In this document: positions 24,430 through 36,603 of the stretch, one piece after another
How the letters are laid out: each line of letters opens with the position of its first letter
Position numbering within the stretch: the stretch's first letter is position 1
NCBI RefSeq assembly: GCF_006345805.1
Contig: NC_043007.1
Location: 18,228,001 to 18,292,000, forward strand
Origin: Octopus sinensis
Taxonomy: Eukaryota
Length of the DNA: 64,000 bases
Direction: 5' to 3'
Notes under the pieces: generated by a model
Database searches by the model: none
What the model was told of the DNA's origin: nothing
What the model saw: only the letters and a program-made list of their open reading frames with translations
Translations under genes and position numbers: made by a program

Positions 24430-24795
24430 TCTCTCTATATATATAAACGGCAAAATGTGTGTGTGTGTGTGTGTCCTTTATACAAATCCACAATTTTTCA
24501 GTTAGAGGGCTTGCACTTTCTATGGTTATTCAAAACCATCCAAGGGTGGTCATGGACATCTTAACATTTCTCCAGTCACCCTGCAAAGCCATTAAAAATC
24601 AATAGAAGTTTTTTTGTGAATTTTCTATCCAAAACCGAATCAAAATGCCCGAAACTTGATACGCCAATTGAATGCCAGCTAGCTGTATGTGATTGGTTGG
24701 AGATTTGGACAGTACTCACGTGTATGTGTGCATGCACACGGCTGTATATGCATGCACTAGCAATATGACCCGGCATTGCTGGGTCATAGTGCTAG
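24430..24795 (+). mobile_element. Non-autonomous Helitron
   Basis: A|TCTCTCTATATATATAAACGGC start. Subterminal hairpin TATGACCC..GGGTCATA, then CTAG|T. No TSD. Confidence 0.75.
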
Positions 24796-24989
24796 TTACT
24801 TTTAAAAGTGGAAAGAAGTTTTATATGCCAATCCATCTTTTGTTGAGGAATGTCATATTTGAATCTTTTTCTTTTGAGATTTGTCAAATGAGGTAACATG
24901 ACTCGCAGAAAATGTCAATTCAATTTTTTGGTAGCTTATTAACATCATTACTGGAATAGCCATGAAATTGAATTTTGCAATTAAAGGGT

Positions 24990-25440
24990 TAATTTAAGAA
25001 TCTGTTCTGGAAAGATTCCCATTAGATTAGGGAATAAGCATTTTCCACAGACACAAAAGGAAAATTTTCAATGGTCATACTTTGAAGTTATATTCTGAAA
25101 AATGTTTTGTAAATAGGCTCAAGTTGAGTACAGCTCAAGCTGCTCATACAGAATTGCTACAAGCCTGTTAAATGGTCAATGTAACGTTGAAACCATCATT
25201 TATGAAGTAGAGGTAATCTCGGAAAGTCTCGAAATGTAAGTATAGAAATATGTGAGTACAACAGAAGGTTCCTTCAAGATTAGGTTCAATTATCACAAGT
25301 CTTCTTTTAAAATTCAGGAGAGATGTAATGTCACAACAGTAATGAGACCTGTTTGGCGAATGAAAGAAGGTGCTGTCAACAGCAATAGGAAGTGTAATCT
25401 GTGTCTAACAGAAAAGAATTATATTGAATTATTTCCTTCA
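24990..25440 (+). mobile_element. Degenerate Penelope-like element: RT-thumb/linker and GIY-YIG endonuclease remnant
   Basis: Translation with stops and frameshifts gives ..NKHFPQ../KIFNGHTLKLYS../LNGQCNVETIIYEVEV..KYVSTTEGSFKIRFNYHKSSF..RKCNLCLTEK, matching PLE endonuclease motifs. Confidence 0.75.
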
Positions 25441-25792
25441 CATAGAGCCTTACTCGAACCTGTAAGGATTGGTTCTTCTTCACTTAGTACTCCTCTCACC
25501 ACAATGAAGAGCTCATCTCCTCCACACTTAGCCTTTATACACACATGCATATATGCTCTCCAAAAATTCCTTTCCACCTCTCTCTCTTACCCTTTCTTCT
25601 TGCTAATCTTTCATTTTTCTATTCCTCTTTCTCTCTATTAACACCTCACCCTATCAACATCACCCTTATCCCTGCTGCATCCCATCATAGAGTATATTTA
25701 TTTATTCAAAAAATTTATTCCTACTCATCCTTTTGGAAACAAAACTAGCTTTGTTAAAAATAACTTCTTCAATCTCTCTCTCTCTCTCTCCC

Positions 25793-25830
<38 letters not shown>

Positions 25831-25835
<5 letters not shown>

Positions 25836-26105
25836 ATAATATTAGGGAATAAATCCAAATTTACAGGGAAAAAATCAGATTTAGGATTAAATCCAATTTT
25901 ATAGTAAAATATTATATAATATTAATTCGAGACAATTAAAACAGATTAGGAGATCGAAAATCCACCTGACGAATGTCATTGAAGACATGAAACGATTGTA
26001 GTGGCGGTTTATTTCTTTATATTAAAAATTTTTATGTATTGATTAAGTCTTTCCTTGTTTGTTTTGCAAAATAGTGGTTTTGTCTCGAATTAATATTATA
26101 TATAT
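25831..26105 (+). mobile_element. PLE pseudo-LTR with inverted 5' tail and hammerhead
   Basis: 25831-25915 is the reverse complement of the 13065-13145 tail. 26030-26086 matches 13003-13056 directly. A short inverted repeat pairs 25910-25934 with 26081-26105. Confidence 0.7.
25962..26004 (+). ncRNA. Minimal type-I hammerhead ribozyme motif
   Basis: CCAC-CTGACGA-ATGTC(attgaa)GACAT-GAAAC-gatt-GTA-GTGG. The stem II closing pair covaries (A-T vs T-A) with the 9718 copy. Confidence 0.8.
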
Positions 26106-26107
26106 AT

Positions 26108-26158
<51 letters not shown>

Positions 26159-26169
26159 GTATATATATC

Positions 26170-26548
26170 TTTTACCTGTTTTAGTCATTTCACTGCGGCC
26201 ATGCTGGAGCACCGCCTTTAGTCGAGCAAATCGACCCCAGGACTTATTCTTTGTAAGCCTAGTACTTATACTATCAGTCTCTTTTGCTGAACAGCTAAGT
26301 TACGGGGACGTAAACACACAAGCATCGGTTGTCAAGAGATGTTGGAGGGCACAAACACAAACATATACACACATGTACATATATACGACAGGCTTCTTTC
26401 AGTTTCTGTCTACCAAATTCACTCACAAGGCTTTGGTCAGCCCAAAGCTACAATAGAAGACACTTGCCCAAGGTGCCACGCAGTGGGACTGAATCCGGAA
26501 CCATCTGGTTGGTAAGCAAGCTACTTACCACACAGCCACTCCTGCGCC
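26170..26548 (-). mobile_element. SINE family A
   Basis: Full-length reverse copy. Confidence 0.85.
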
Positions 26549-26706
26549 TATATATATAATGCGTGTATATATATATAATATTATATATATATCGTGTGTG
26601 TGTATATATAATATATCTTTCATATATATATACAACACATACATATATGTATGTGTGTGTGTATATGTATTCATACACATACATATATATACATATACAT
26701 ATATAC

Positions 26707-26770
<64 letters not shown>

Positions 26771-27078
26771 TTAATAAGGTGAGAGAATTAGATACTAATT
26801 TAATAGTATATCTATTCAACACCAAGTGGCCCAGTGCTCCGAGAAACCTGGATTATTATAATATTTTGTAATATATTATATATTTTATACAAAAATAAAT
26901 ATAAGAGAGTGGTCACTATATGGCTCACTCTAGCACTAGTTAATCCAAAAGGTTTCAACCACAAAAAATACATGTTTCCCATGAAAGTCAGTACGATTGT
27001 TAGCTTACACGAACAGGGCAAATAAAAAATAACAAAAATACATATTATTTTGGGACAATTGTTTCGCTATTAATGAAG

Positions 27079-27154
27079 CTGAGGAGCTACAAGTGGATTT
27101 TTTTGTAAGTAAAATTACATTTAATTCATTAATAGCGAAACAATTGTCCCAAAA
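27079..27154 (+). ncRNA. Hammerhead motif lacking the 5' strand of stem I (truncated at inversion junction)
   Basis: g-CTGAGGA-GCTA...TAGC-GAAAC-aatt-GTC-CCAAAA. Confidence 0.6.
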
Positions 27155-27606
27155 TAATCTGTATTTTTGTTATTTTTTATTTGCCCTGTTCGTGTGAGTG
27201 TGAGCTACAATCGTACTGACTTTCATGGGAAACATGTATTTTTTGTGGTTGAAACCTTTTGGATAACTAGTGCTAGAGTGAGCCATATAGTGACCACTCT
27301 CTTATATTTATTTTTGTATAAAATATTATAATATATTACAAAATATTATAATAATCCAGGTTTCTCGGAGCACTGGGCCACTTGGTGTTGAATAGATATA
27401 CTATTAAATTAGTATCTATTCTCTCACCCTTATTAATAATTATAATTATGCTACATTTATTTCTAAATGTAGTATTTGTTCCCGTGAAAGTTTGGCGCGC
27501 TGTTAGTAGGGGCATTGAATTTAACGTCGGATGTAACAATTGAACCACACGTGTATTTATCGTTATGGTAAAATCTGCGTGTGATGAGTGGATTTCATCC
27601 AGATAG

Positions 27607-27688
27607 TTTTGGCTGAGGAGCTACAAGTGGATTTTTTTGTAAGTAAAATTACGTTTAATTCATTAATAGCGAAACAATTGTCCCAAAA
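27607..27688 (+). ncRNA. Complete type-I hammerhead ribozyme motif with long loop II
   Basis: TTTTGG-CTGAGGA-GCTA(43-nt loop)TAGC-GAAAC-AATT-GTC-CCAAAA. Stem I is 6 bp, stem II is 4 bp, and the cleavage triplet is GUC. Confidence 0.82.
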
Positions 27689-28739
27689 TAATCTGTATTT
27701 TTGTTATTTTTTATTTGCCCTGTTCGTGTGAGCTAACAATCGTACTGACTTTCATGGGAAACATGTATTTTTTGTGGTTGAAACCTTTTGGATTAACTAG
27801 TGCTAGAGTGAGCCATATAGTGACCACTCTCTTATATTTATTTTTATATATATATATATATATTTATATTTATTTAAATACATATTTTTCTATGTATATA
27901 GATAAATAGATAGATGTGTGCATGTGTGTGTGTGTGTATGTGTACATATTTACGTGTATATATGCACACAAATGTCTGTGTGTGTATTTCTGTTTCTAAC
28001 ATTTTATGGAAATGGGTTAAAATATAATGAACTTCTTGTTTTGTATATGGAAACACAGCATGATACGGATATAATGTGAGATATGACCAAGGAGTGTTGT
28101 TTTAGATCATGTTACAAGAAGAACACTGACTGGATCTAACATTTCAACTGTAAAAATGTTTGTAGGAAGAGATGATGAATAGATTGTTTCAGTGAGTTCT
28201 TTCAGGAAAAAAATTATGAAAAATGCTTAAACCTGTTTTTGTTTAAACATACAAACATTCTGTGCAAGGAAAGAAGGAGGAAAATTCGGACATTGGTTTG
28301 TAAATATAAAATGATAGGAGTGAAACACATAAAGGAGATTGAATATCTTTAATCTTTTATTTGTTTCAGTCATTGGGTTGTGGCCATGCTGGTGCACAAT
28401 TAGGAAGTGTTTGGTCAAACAATGAAACTTAAGAGCTATTTTTTTCAGGTCAGTATTTATTCAGTTAATCTCCTTCGTAGCATTAGATGTCACAGTTTAT
28501 GCAAGGGCGGTCAAATAACATAGAGACATGATCTTCAGCTTTTTTTAACAGTGGTGCACAGTGGAGGCACATGACTCAGTGGCAATGGTGTTGGACTCAT
28601 GATCGTAACATTGTGGTTTCGATTCCTGGACCAGGCAATGCATTACTTGAACAAAACACTCCGTTTCATGTTGCTACAGTCCATTCAGCTGGCAAAAATT
28701 AGTAATCCAGCGATGGACTAGCATCCCATCCAGGTGGAG

Positions 28740-29170
28740 AATTCACCAACACCACCGCCACCACATCACCACCACCACCACCACCATCACCAACACCATC
28801 ACCACCACCACTACCACTACCACTATACCACCACCACCACCACCACTACACCACCACTACCACCACCACCACCACCACACCACCACCATCACCACACCAC
28901 CACCACCACATTACAACCACCACCACCACACCACCACCACCACTACACCACCACGACGACGACGACGACCACCACCACCACTACACCACCACTACCACCA
29001 CCACCACCACCACATTACAACGACGACGACTACCACCACCACCACAAGCACCACTACACCACCACAACCACCATCACCAACACCACCACCACACCACACA
29101 CCACCATACCACCACCACACCACCACCACACCATCCCCACAACCACCACACCACCACCACACCACCAGCT
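28740..29170. repeat. Degenerate (CAC)n microsatellite
   Basis: ~430 bp of accaccacc units. Confidence 0.9.
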
Positions 29171-29261
29171 GGTTGGTAAGCAAGCTGCTTACTACATAGC
29201 CACTCCTGACACAATATGTCCCTAATAAATCCTTTTCCCTCTTCCTCTCCTTCCTCCAACA

Positions 29262-29461
29262 TCTTTTACTTATTTCAGTCATGTGATTGTGGCCATGCTG
29301 GAGCACCGCCTTTAGTCGAGCAAATCGACCCCAGGACTTGTTCTTTGTAAGCCTAGTACTTATTCTATCGGTATCTTTTGCTGAACCGCTAAGTGATGGC
29401 GACGTAAACACACCAGCATCGGTTGTCAAGCAATGCTAGGGGGACAAACACAGACACACAA

Positions 29462-29540
<79 letters not shown>

Positions 29541-29706
29541 TACGACGGGCTTCTTTCAGTTTCTGTCTACCAAATCCACTCACAAGGCTTTGGTTGGCCC
29601 GAGGCTATAGTAGAAGACACTTGCCCAACATGCCACCCAGTGGGACTGAACCTGGAACCATGTGGTTGGTAAGCAAGCTACTTATCACACAGACACTCCT
29701 GCGCCT
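29262..29706 (-). mobile_element. SINE family A
   Basis: Full-length reverse copy. Confidence 0.85.
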
Positions 29707-30309
29707 AGGTATAGATATAAATGACACGACTTTCTGGTTTAGCTTTTACTTAAACGGATGTGTCTTCTCAAGTACAGTAAATCACCAATCATCTTGGTCC
29801 TTTGTCCCTTTTTTTCCCGTGCAGCTGAGCATCTAAAGGTCATACTTCACCACTTCATCCCTCAACTTTCAAGATCTTAATCAACTGAATTAATCAACTA
29901 AATTAATCAATTTCATTCATGATTACACAGATTTTCACGTCTTTAATTTCTGTTAAGAAGAAACAGTAAAAAAAAACAACAAAAGAAATAGGACAGACGA
30001 GGCTATGTCTGAGATGAACATCAAGGCTGTTTCTTCCTCGTGTATCGATTGCTTTGAAACAATGCTTCTTGATGCTACACGAATTTTCTTGAGAATTTCC
30101 TATGAAACAATTCACGGTGGCAGGATATCAATGTATTGTTGATCAACTTGTTGAAAAATAATATAAAACATTTACTGATCATAGGACTTTATACGTTCAG
30201 TAGAGTAAAATTGATTGGAAATATTGATCCGAGTGCCTCACCAAGTTCATCTCTCAATCTCTTTCTTTCTCTCTCATATGTGCTCTGTCTGTCTCTCTTT
30301 CTCAATATG

Positions 30310-30488
30310 CATATAGATAATATATATATATGTGTGTGTATGTGTGTGTATATGTATATATATATATATATATACACATATATATATATCTATATATATA
30401 TATATATATATGTAATATATATATAAATAATATATATATATATATATGTATCTATGTATATATGTATATATTATATATATATATTATG

Positions 30489-30543
<55 letters not shown>

Positions 30544-30831
30544 ATATATATATATATAGCATAATTGAGGTATATATATACAGTAGCATATAACATACGT
30601 GAATTATATTTGCCATTTCACTATGGCAACCCCTAAGGTGGATGCTACTGTAGTTTTAGCCCTCAGGGGACACAGAAAGTGAGTCTATGGCCAGCTGGAG
30701 GAAAGTGTGCCTCCTGGGCTATAAATATACTACAGTAGCATATATATATTATAGGGGATAGCCATATATGATATATAGCTATACATATACGTCACTATAT
30801 ATATATATATATATATAGATAGAGTATATAT

Positions 30832-30886
<55 letters not shown>
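30310..30886. repeat. Long (TA)n-rich tracts
   Basis: Two tracts, ~30310-30560 and ~30775-30886. Confidence 0.9.
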
Positions 30887-31320
30887 GGCGCAGAACGTGA
30901 GTATAGTGGTCTGGTGGTAAGGAGCTGTGTTTACCAACCACATGGTACGGGTTCCGTCCCACTGTTGGCAACTTGGGCATACGTCTTTCTACATATACTC
31001 GGGCAGACCAAAGCTTGTTGAGTGGATGGTTAACGGAAAACTGAAAGAAGCCCATCATATATAGTGTATATATAATATATCATCTATATTATATATATAT
31101 ATATATGCTGCATGTTGATGTTTGTGTGTCTGTGGTGTCCCCTAGCATTACTGACAACCGAATGCTGGTGTATTTATGTACCCGTCACTTAGCAGTTCGG
31201 CAAAAGAGACCGATAGAATAAGTACTGGGCTTTCAAAGAATAAGTCCCGGGGTCGAGTTGCTCGACTAAAGGCGGTGCTCCAGCATGGCCGCCGTCAAAT
31301 GACTGAAACAAGTAAAAGAG
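30887..31320 (+). mobile_element. SINE family A (many small indels)
   Basis: Degenerate 5' half, intact 3' end. Confidence 0.75.
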
Positions 31321-31679
31321 TATATATAAATATATACACATATATATTTATTATCATCAGCTGCAGCAGCAGTGTAATTGTGTAATTTAACAATCTGCTG
31401 GGACACGTTGGATGGTTTGATAGGATCCAATAGATATAAGGACTGCATCATGCTGCAACGTCTGTTTGGCATGTTTTTTTTTTTTGTATGGCTGGATGCC
31501 CTTCTTAACACTTTTGATACCAACCTGGCTGAAATCACACCGTCTCTGGCTCTGTAAAACCAAAGTCTTTTTTTCAAAAGTCCTGAATCAAAATCTTCTG
31601 CCAAGCCTTAGTCAAAATTTATGTTCCTAATACTAGTTTAATGATAACGAAGTCATTTTAATAAATTCTTTGTTATTCT

Positions 31680-32060
31680 TTTATTCTTTTACTTGTTTCA
31701 GTCATTTGACTGTGGCCATGCTGGAGTACCGCCTCTATTCGAGCAAATCGACCCCAGGACTTATTCTTCATAAGCCTAGTACTTATTCTGTTGGTCTCTA
31801 GTGCCAAACGAATAAGTTATGGGAATATAAACACACCAGCATCAGTTGTTAAGTGATGTTGAGGGGGACAAACACAGATACACAAGCATATGCTCACACA
31901 CATACATATATATATATATACATATATACGACGGGCATCTTTCAGTTTCCGTCTACCAAATCCACTCACAAGGCTTTGGTTGTCCCGAGACTATAGTAGA
32001 AGACACTTGCCCAAGGTGCCACACAGTGGGACTGAACCTGGAACCATGTGGTTGGTAAAC
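31680..32060 (-). mobile_element. SINE family A
   Basis: Reverse copy lacking the extreme 5' end. Confidence 0.8.
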
Positions 32061-32139
32061 AAGCTCCAGCATGGCCCCAGCCAAATGACTGAAACAAGTA
32101 AAAGAAAAGAAAGAAGAATATATATATATATATATATAT

Positions 32140-34173
32140 TCCTTCACTCCACCCCTTGGGCATTTCCAAATCACCAATCCAACTGACTTCTTTACCACTG
32201 CAGATATAAAATCAGAGGCGGCGACGATAGATTACATCGATATAAAGGAAGACGATGTAATAAAGGCTATAGATGAAATGAAAACAGACTCAGCTACTGG
32301 CCCCGATGGATTCCGGGCAATCCTCCTAAAAGTATGTAAGAGAGTCCTAGCAAGACCACTGCAGTTCCTCTTTCAGAGCTTCCTTGCAGCTGGCAAACTT
32401 CCAAGAAAACTGAAGGAAGGTAAAATATGCCCTATTCATAAAGGAGGTAGCAGAGCGGGGCCAAGAACTACAGACCTATCTCTCTGACCTCACACATCAG
32501 CAAGGTCATGGAACGAATAGTCAGAAAGAAACTGATCACCTTCCTTGAAGAAAATTGTGGTGTGGTGTTGAAGGAGTGTGACGGAGCGGGAGGGAGCGGA
32601 AGTGGGTCTTGCAGGTCTTGCAGGGCGCATGCACCGGCGGAAGCGGAAGTGACAGACAGAACGCACGTGCGGCATTGACCAGGCCAGAGAGACTTGAGAA
32701 CGACGCCAAGACGACAAGACGCTAGCAAGTTGGCTGAAGGCGAATCCGACTTCATCTCCTCAGGTAAGACCAAATTACACTTCTAATTCTTTCCTTGTTC
32801 TGTTACGCTCCTTTCACCACACTTATTACAAAAATGACTTGCTGCCCGACACCCAACATGGTTTCCGACCAGGGAGAAGCTGTTTAACTCAGCTCCTACA
32901 ACACTATGACTGGGTGCTGAAACGACTGCTCAACCACTCAAATGTGGAAGTGATATATCTCGACTTTGCAAAGGCCTTTGATAAAGTCGATCATGGAATG
33001 ATATGTCACAAACTGCGTGATCTCAACATAGTTGGAAAACTGGGAGAATGGCTTCATGACTTTCTGAAAGATAGAAGTCAGGTGGTAGTAGCCAATGGGG
33101 CCACTTCCATTAACACGCAAATAGTGAGCGGTGTTCCGCAGGGCACTGTCTTGGGACCACTACTGTTCATAATGGCCCTCTCAGACATGCCCTCAGCCAC
33201 GCAGAGAGCCACGATCACAAGTTATGCAGATGATACAAAAGTTTCACAGGCAATACAGAACCCTGAGGACACTAAACGCCTGCAATGTAACCTGGACAAA
33301 ATATACAAGTGGGCTGAAAAGAATAGCATGCAGTTCAATGCTGAAAAGTTTCAAGCTTTATACTATCAGCATGCAAAACTAAATGCAATACCCAATGAAT
33401 ACACTGGACCCGGAGGAATTGCAATCCCAGAGGCACAATCAGTGCGTGACCTGGGTATTTACATGAGTGATGACGCAACCTTTCGTGTACATGTTGCTAA
33501 ATTGGCAATGAAATGTAGACGACTGGCCGGATGGATTCTCAGAACCTTTAGAACAAGAGAACAAGAAACCATGATGGTCCTCTGGAGGACACTTGTCCTA
33601 AGCCACTTTGACTATTGCTCTCAGTTATGGTCACCATCCAGTGTCAAGTTGATCACAGAACTTGAGGCGATCCAACGTAGCTACACGAAGAAGAAAGCCT
33701 CTATGCAGAATATAAGCTACTGGGAAAGACTCGAGATTAAAACTATATTCCTTGGAGCGTAGGTGGGAAAGATATGCCATAATATACATCTGGAAGATCC
33801 TGGAGGGACTTGTCCCAAACTTTGGCATCGAGAGTTACACAAATGCCAGAACTGGGCGCCACTGCGTAGTACCTAGGACTCCAAATTTGCCATCAAGATG
33901 TAGGACAAGATACTGTGATAGCCTGGGCTTCCGAGGCCCACAGCTCTTCAATATCCTCCCGAAGAACCTAAGAGACCTGCATGGGGTGGATGCAGATGTC
34001 TTTAAAATGAAACTGGATCTCTTCCTGTCAGGTATCCCAGATGAACCAACTTCACGGCAGGAGGTGCAGATGAGGGCAGCTGCATCGAACTCTCTCATGC
34101 ACCAAATGGCGGTGCCCCAGCATGGCCACAGCTCATGAGCTGAAACTAGAATCAATCAATCAATCAATCAATC
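32140..34173 (+). mobile_element. 5'-truncated non-LTR retrotransposon (CR1-group RT), frameshifted and interrupted by a solo LTR
   Basis: GPDG, NYRPISLTS..K..E, QHGFRPGRSC, YLDFAKAFDKVDH, SGVPQGTVLGPLLF, YADD and FNAEK motifs. Ends in an (AATC)n tail. Confidence 0.92.
32556..32830. mobile_element. Solo LTR (275 bp)
   Basis: TGT...ACA termini with exact 5-bp TSD AAAAT. Removing it restores the RT reading frame (..FLEEN-DLLPDTQHG..). Confidence 0.82.
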
Positions 34174-34734
34174 ATACCTTCGAAACACGCTAGAGTTGAA
34201 CTAGGGACAGCTGATGAAGGGGATTTTTCCTTGTGTGGTTTGTATTGTACTCTGTTTTTCTCTTGTAAAAAAATGGTTTGTTCCATGTTTGTTTTTCCGT
34301 TTTCGTTTCTCGTTGAGTTCTACATCTAATTGTGGTGTCCTGTACTCACGTATATATATTTATATATGCATGTATATATACATGTAGATGTAGGTACGTA
34401 CATATATGTTTGTATGTATGCATATATTTTATTTATTACACTATATATATATATATGAGTATATACACACACACACACAATGCTAATGATCATTCATCTG
34501 TAAATCAATATCTTAATAATATTTCCTTTGAAGAACATTACCTTTGTTTTAATTAATTTTGTTTTAATTAATTTTGAAAATAATGAAGTATTTAGTAAAA
34601 TAACTTTGTTATTAAGCTGGAGTTTAATAACATAAATTGATATGAAATCTTTTATTTATTTTTTTATTCTTTTATCATTTTACTTGTTTCACTCATTTCA
34701 CTACGACCATTCTGGAGTACCACCATAAAAAATT

Positions 34735-34925
34735 TTTTTACTTGTTTCAGTCATTTGACTGCAGCCATGCTGGAGCACCGCCTTTAGTCGAGCACATCGA
34801 CCCCAGAAAAAATTCTTTGTAAGCCTAGTACTTATTCTATCGGTCTCTTTTGCCGAACCGCTAAGTTACGGAGATGTAAACACACCAGCATCGGTTGTCA
34901 AGCGATGTTGGGGAGACAAACACAG

Positions 34926-34958
<33 letters not shown>

Positions 34959-35128
34959 CATATATACGACAGGCTTCTTTCAGTTTCTGTCTACCAAATT
35001 CACTCATAAGGCTTTGGTCAGCCCGAGGCTATAGTAGAAGACACTTGCCCAAGGTGCCACGCAGTGGGACTGAACCCAGAACCATATGGTTGGTAAGCAA
35101 GCTACTTACTACACAGCCACTCCTGTGC
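34735..35128 (-). mobile_element. SINE family A
   Basis: Full-length reverse copy. Confidence 0.85.
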
Positions 35129-35404
35129 CTATTCTTTGTTTGATCTGTAAATCAAGATATTGATTTACAGATGAGTGATCATTATTCTTTGTTATTATTA
35201 TTATTATTATTATTATTCAGGTATGGTCTCACACAGGGTGGTATTAAAAGGGTTAATCTTTTTAATACCAATCCACCTGAGGTTAAAATCAGGTGGAGAG
35301 CGATCCTTTCGACTAGTTTATTATTGGTATCATCTATGATTCTGAGTTAGCCCTGCTAATGGCTTTATTGGTGCCAATCAAGAAAGTGACACAGATTCCA
35401 TGCA

Positions 35405-36331
35405 ATAAGTAACTTGCTTATGAACCACATGGTTCCGGGTTCAGTCCCACTACGTGGCACCTTGGGCAAGTGCCTTCAACTATAGCCTCAGGCCGACCAA
35501 AGCCATGTGAGTGGATTTGGTAGATGGAAACTGAAAGAAGTCCATCGTATATATGTATATACCGTATTTGACGGCATATTAGACGCACTGGCATATTAGA
35601 CGCACCCTCATTTCAGCAGGTCAAATTCAGGAAAAAAAGTTTTAAGTGTATTTAAGCATATATTGTTGAAAGCAGTCTAGCAGCTCATTACAAAAGCAGA
35701 AAACATTGCTGTATAAAAGCAAGCATACAAAAGGAAAGCATACAAATTGCAATAGCCATGAGGGTGTTGCCATAACCGTGAGGGTGCTTGTACTGTTGTA
35801 GTGTGTTTTGTTATGATCATAAACTTTGTTGTACCAAGATATCCAACCTACCTCCGTATATACACGAACTCGCAACGATCATGTAGTTTTACTCCTCACC
35901 ATCAGATGGCATCGAGTTAGGGTTCCGATCAGCTGATATTAGTAAACGTGTGTCATGGATCGCAGCCTAACAATTTACGGTAGATTGCTTTGATTTTTAC
36001 GATAATTCATATTTTAATGTAATAATACTGGTAATAATAATAATAATAATAATATGGCACAGTCATGCCTTTGGTTGTCAGAAGTGAAAGTAGTGTGCCA
36101 ATACTACTAGCAATAAAATAATGATGCATGAGTACGGAAAATATCATTAAGGCATTAGCGTAGGTAGAAATACTTATCGTAAGCTAGGTTAGTGAGCGTC
36201 TGGGAGAAGATTAGCCTACGGGAAGGTCTTGACTTCGCATATTAGACGCAGGGCGATTTTTTAGCCAAATGTTTTGGAAAAAAGTGCATCCTATATGCCG
36301 TCAAATACGGTATATATATATATATATATAA

Positions 36332-36387
<56 letters not shown>

Positions 36388-36603
36388 ATATGTTTGGGTG
36401 TCTGTGTTTGTCCCCCCAACATCGCTTGACAACCGATGCTAGTGTGTTTACATCCCCGTAACTTAGCGGTTTGGCAAAAGAGACCGATAGAATAAGTACT
36501 AGGCTTACAAAGAATAAGTCCTGGAGTTAATTTGCTTGACTAAAGGCGGTGCTCCAGCATGGCCACAGTCACATGACTGAAACAAGTAAAAGAGTAAAAG
36601 AGT
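35405..36603 (+). mobile_element. SINE family A split by a pogo-like MITE
   Basis: 5' half at ~35405-35561 and 3' half at ~36311-36603. Confidence 0.8.
35562..36310. mobile_element. Non-autonomous Tc2/pogo-like DNA transposon inserted in a SINE (TA)n tract
   Basis: TA|CCGTATTTGACGGCATATTAGACGCAC ... GTGCATCCTATATGCCGTCAAATACGG|TA. Confidence 0.85.

Larger units (their letters stand above)
26770..27850 (+). mobile_element. PLE/retrozyme-like structure: inverted arm plus two tandem hammerhead-bearing repeats
   Basis: ~308-bp inverted arms at 26770-27077 and 27125-27437. 27612-27850 is a direct copy of 27078-27320. Confidence 0.7.

Noticed and set aside
28734-29225. 163-aa His/Pro/Thr-rich ORF
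   Set aside because: Translation of a (CAC)n microsatellite that runs into a SINE fragment.
29990-30141. Short open frame TDEAMSEMNIKAVSSSCIDCFETMLL.. as a possible exon
   Set aside because: No polypyrimidine tract, no recognisable homology and no partner exons.
34175-34235. CCTTC-GAAAC ... CTGATGA-AGGGG, a permuted hammerhead-like arrangement
   Set aside because: Stem I and a valid NUH/stem III cannot be formed, and the stem II register is wrong.
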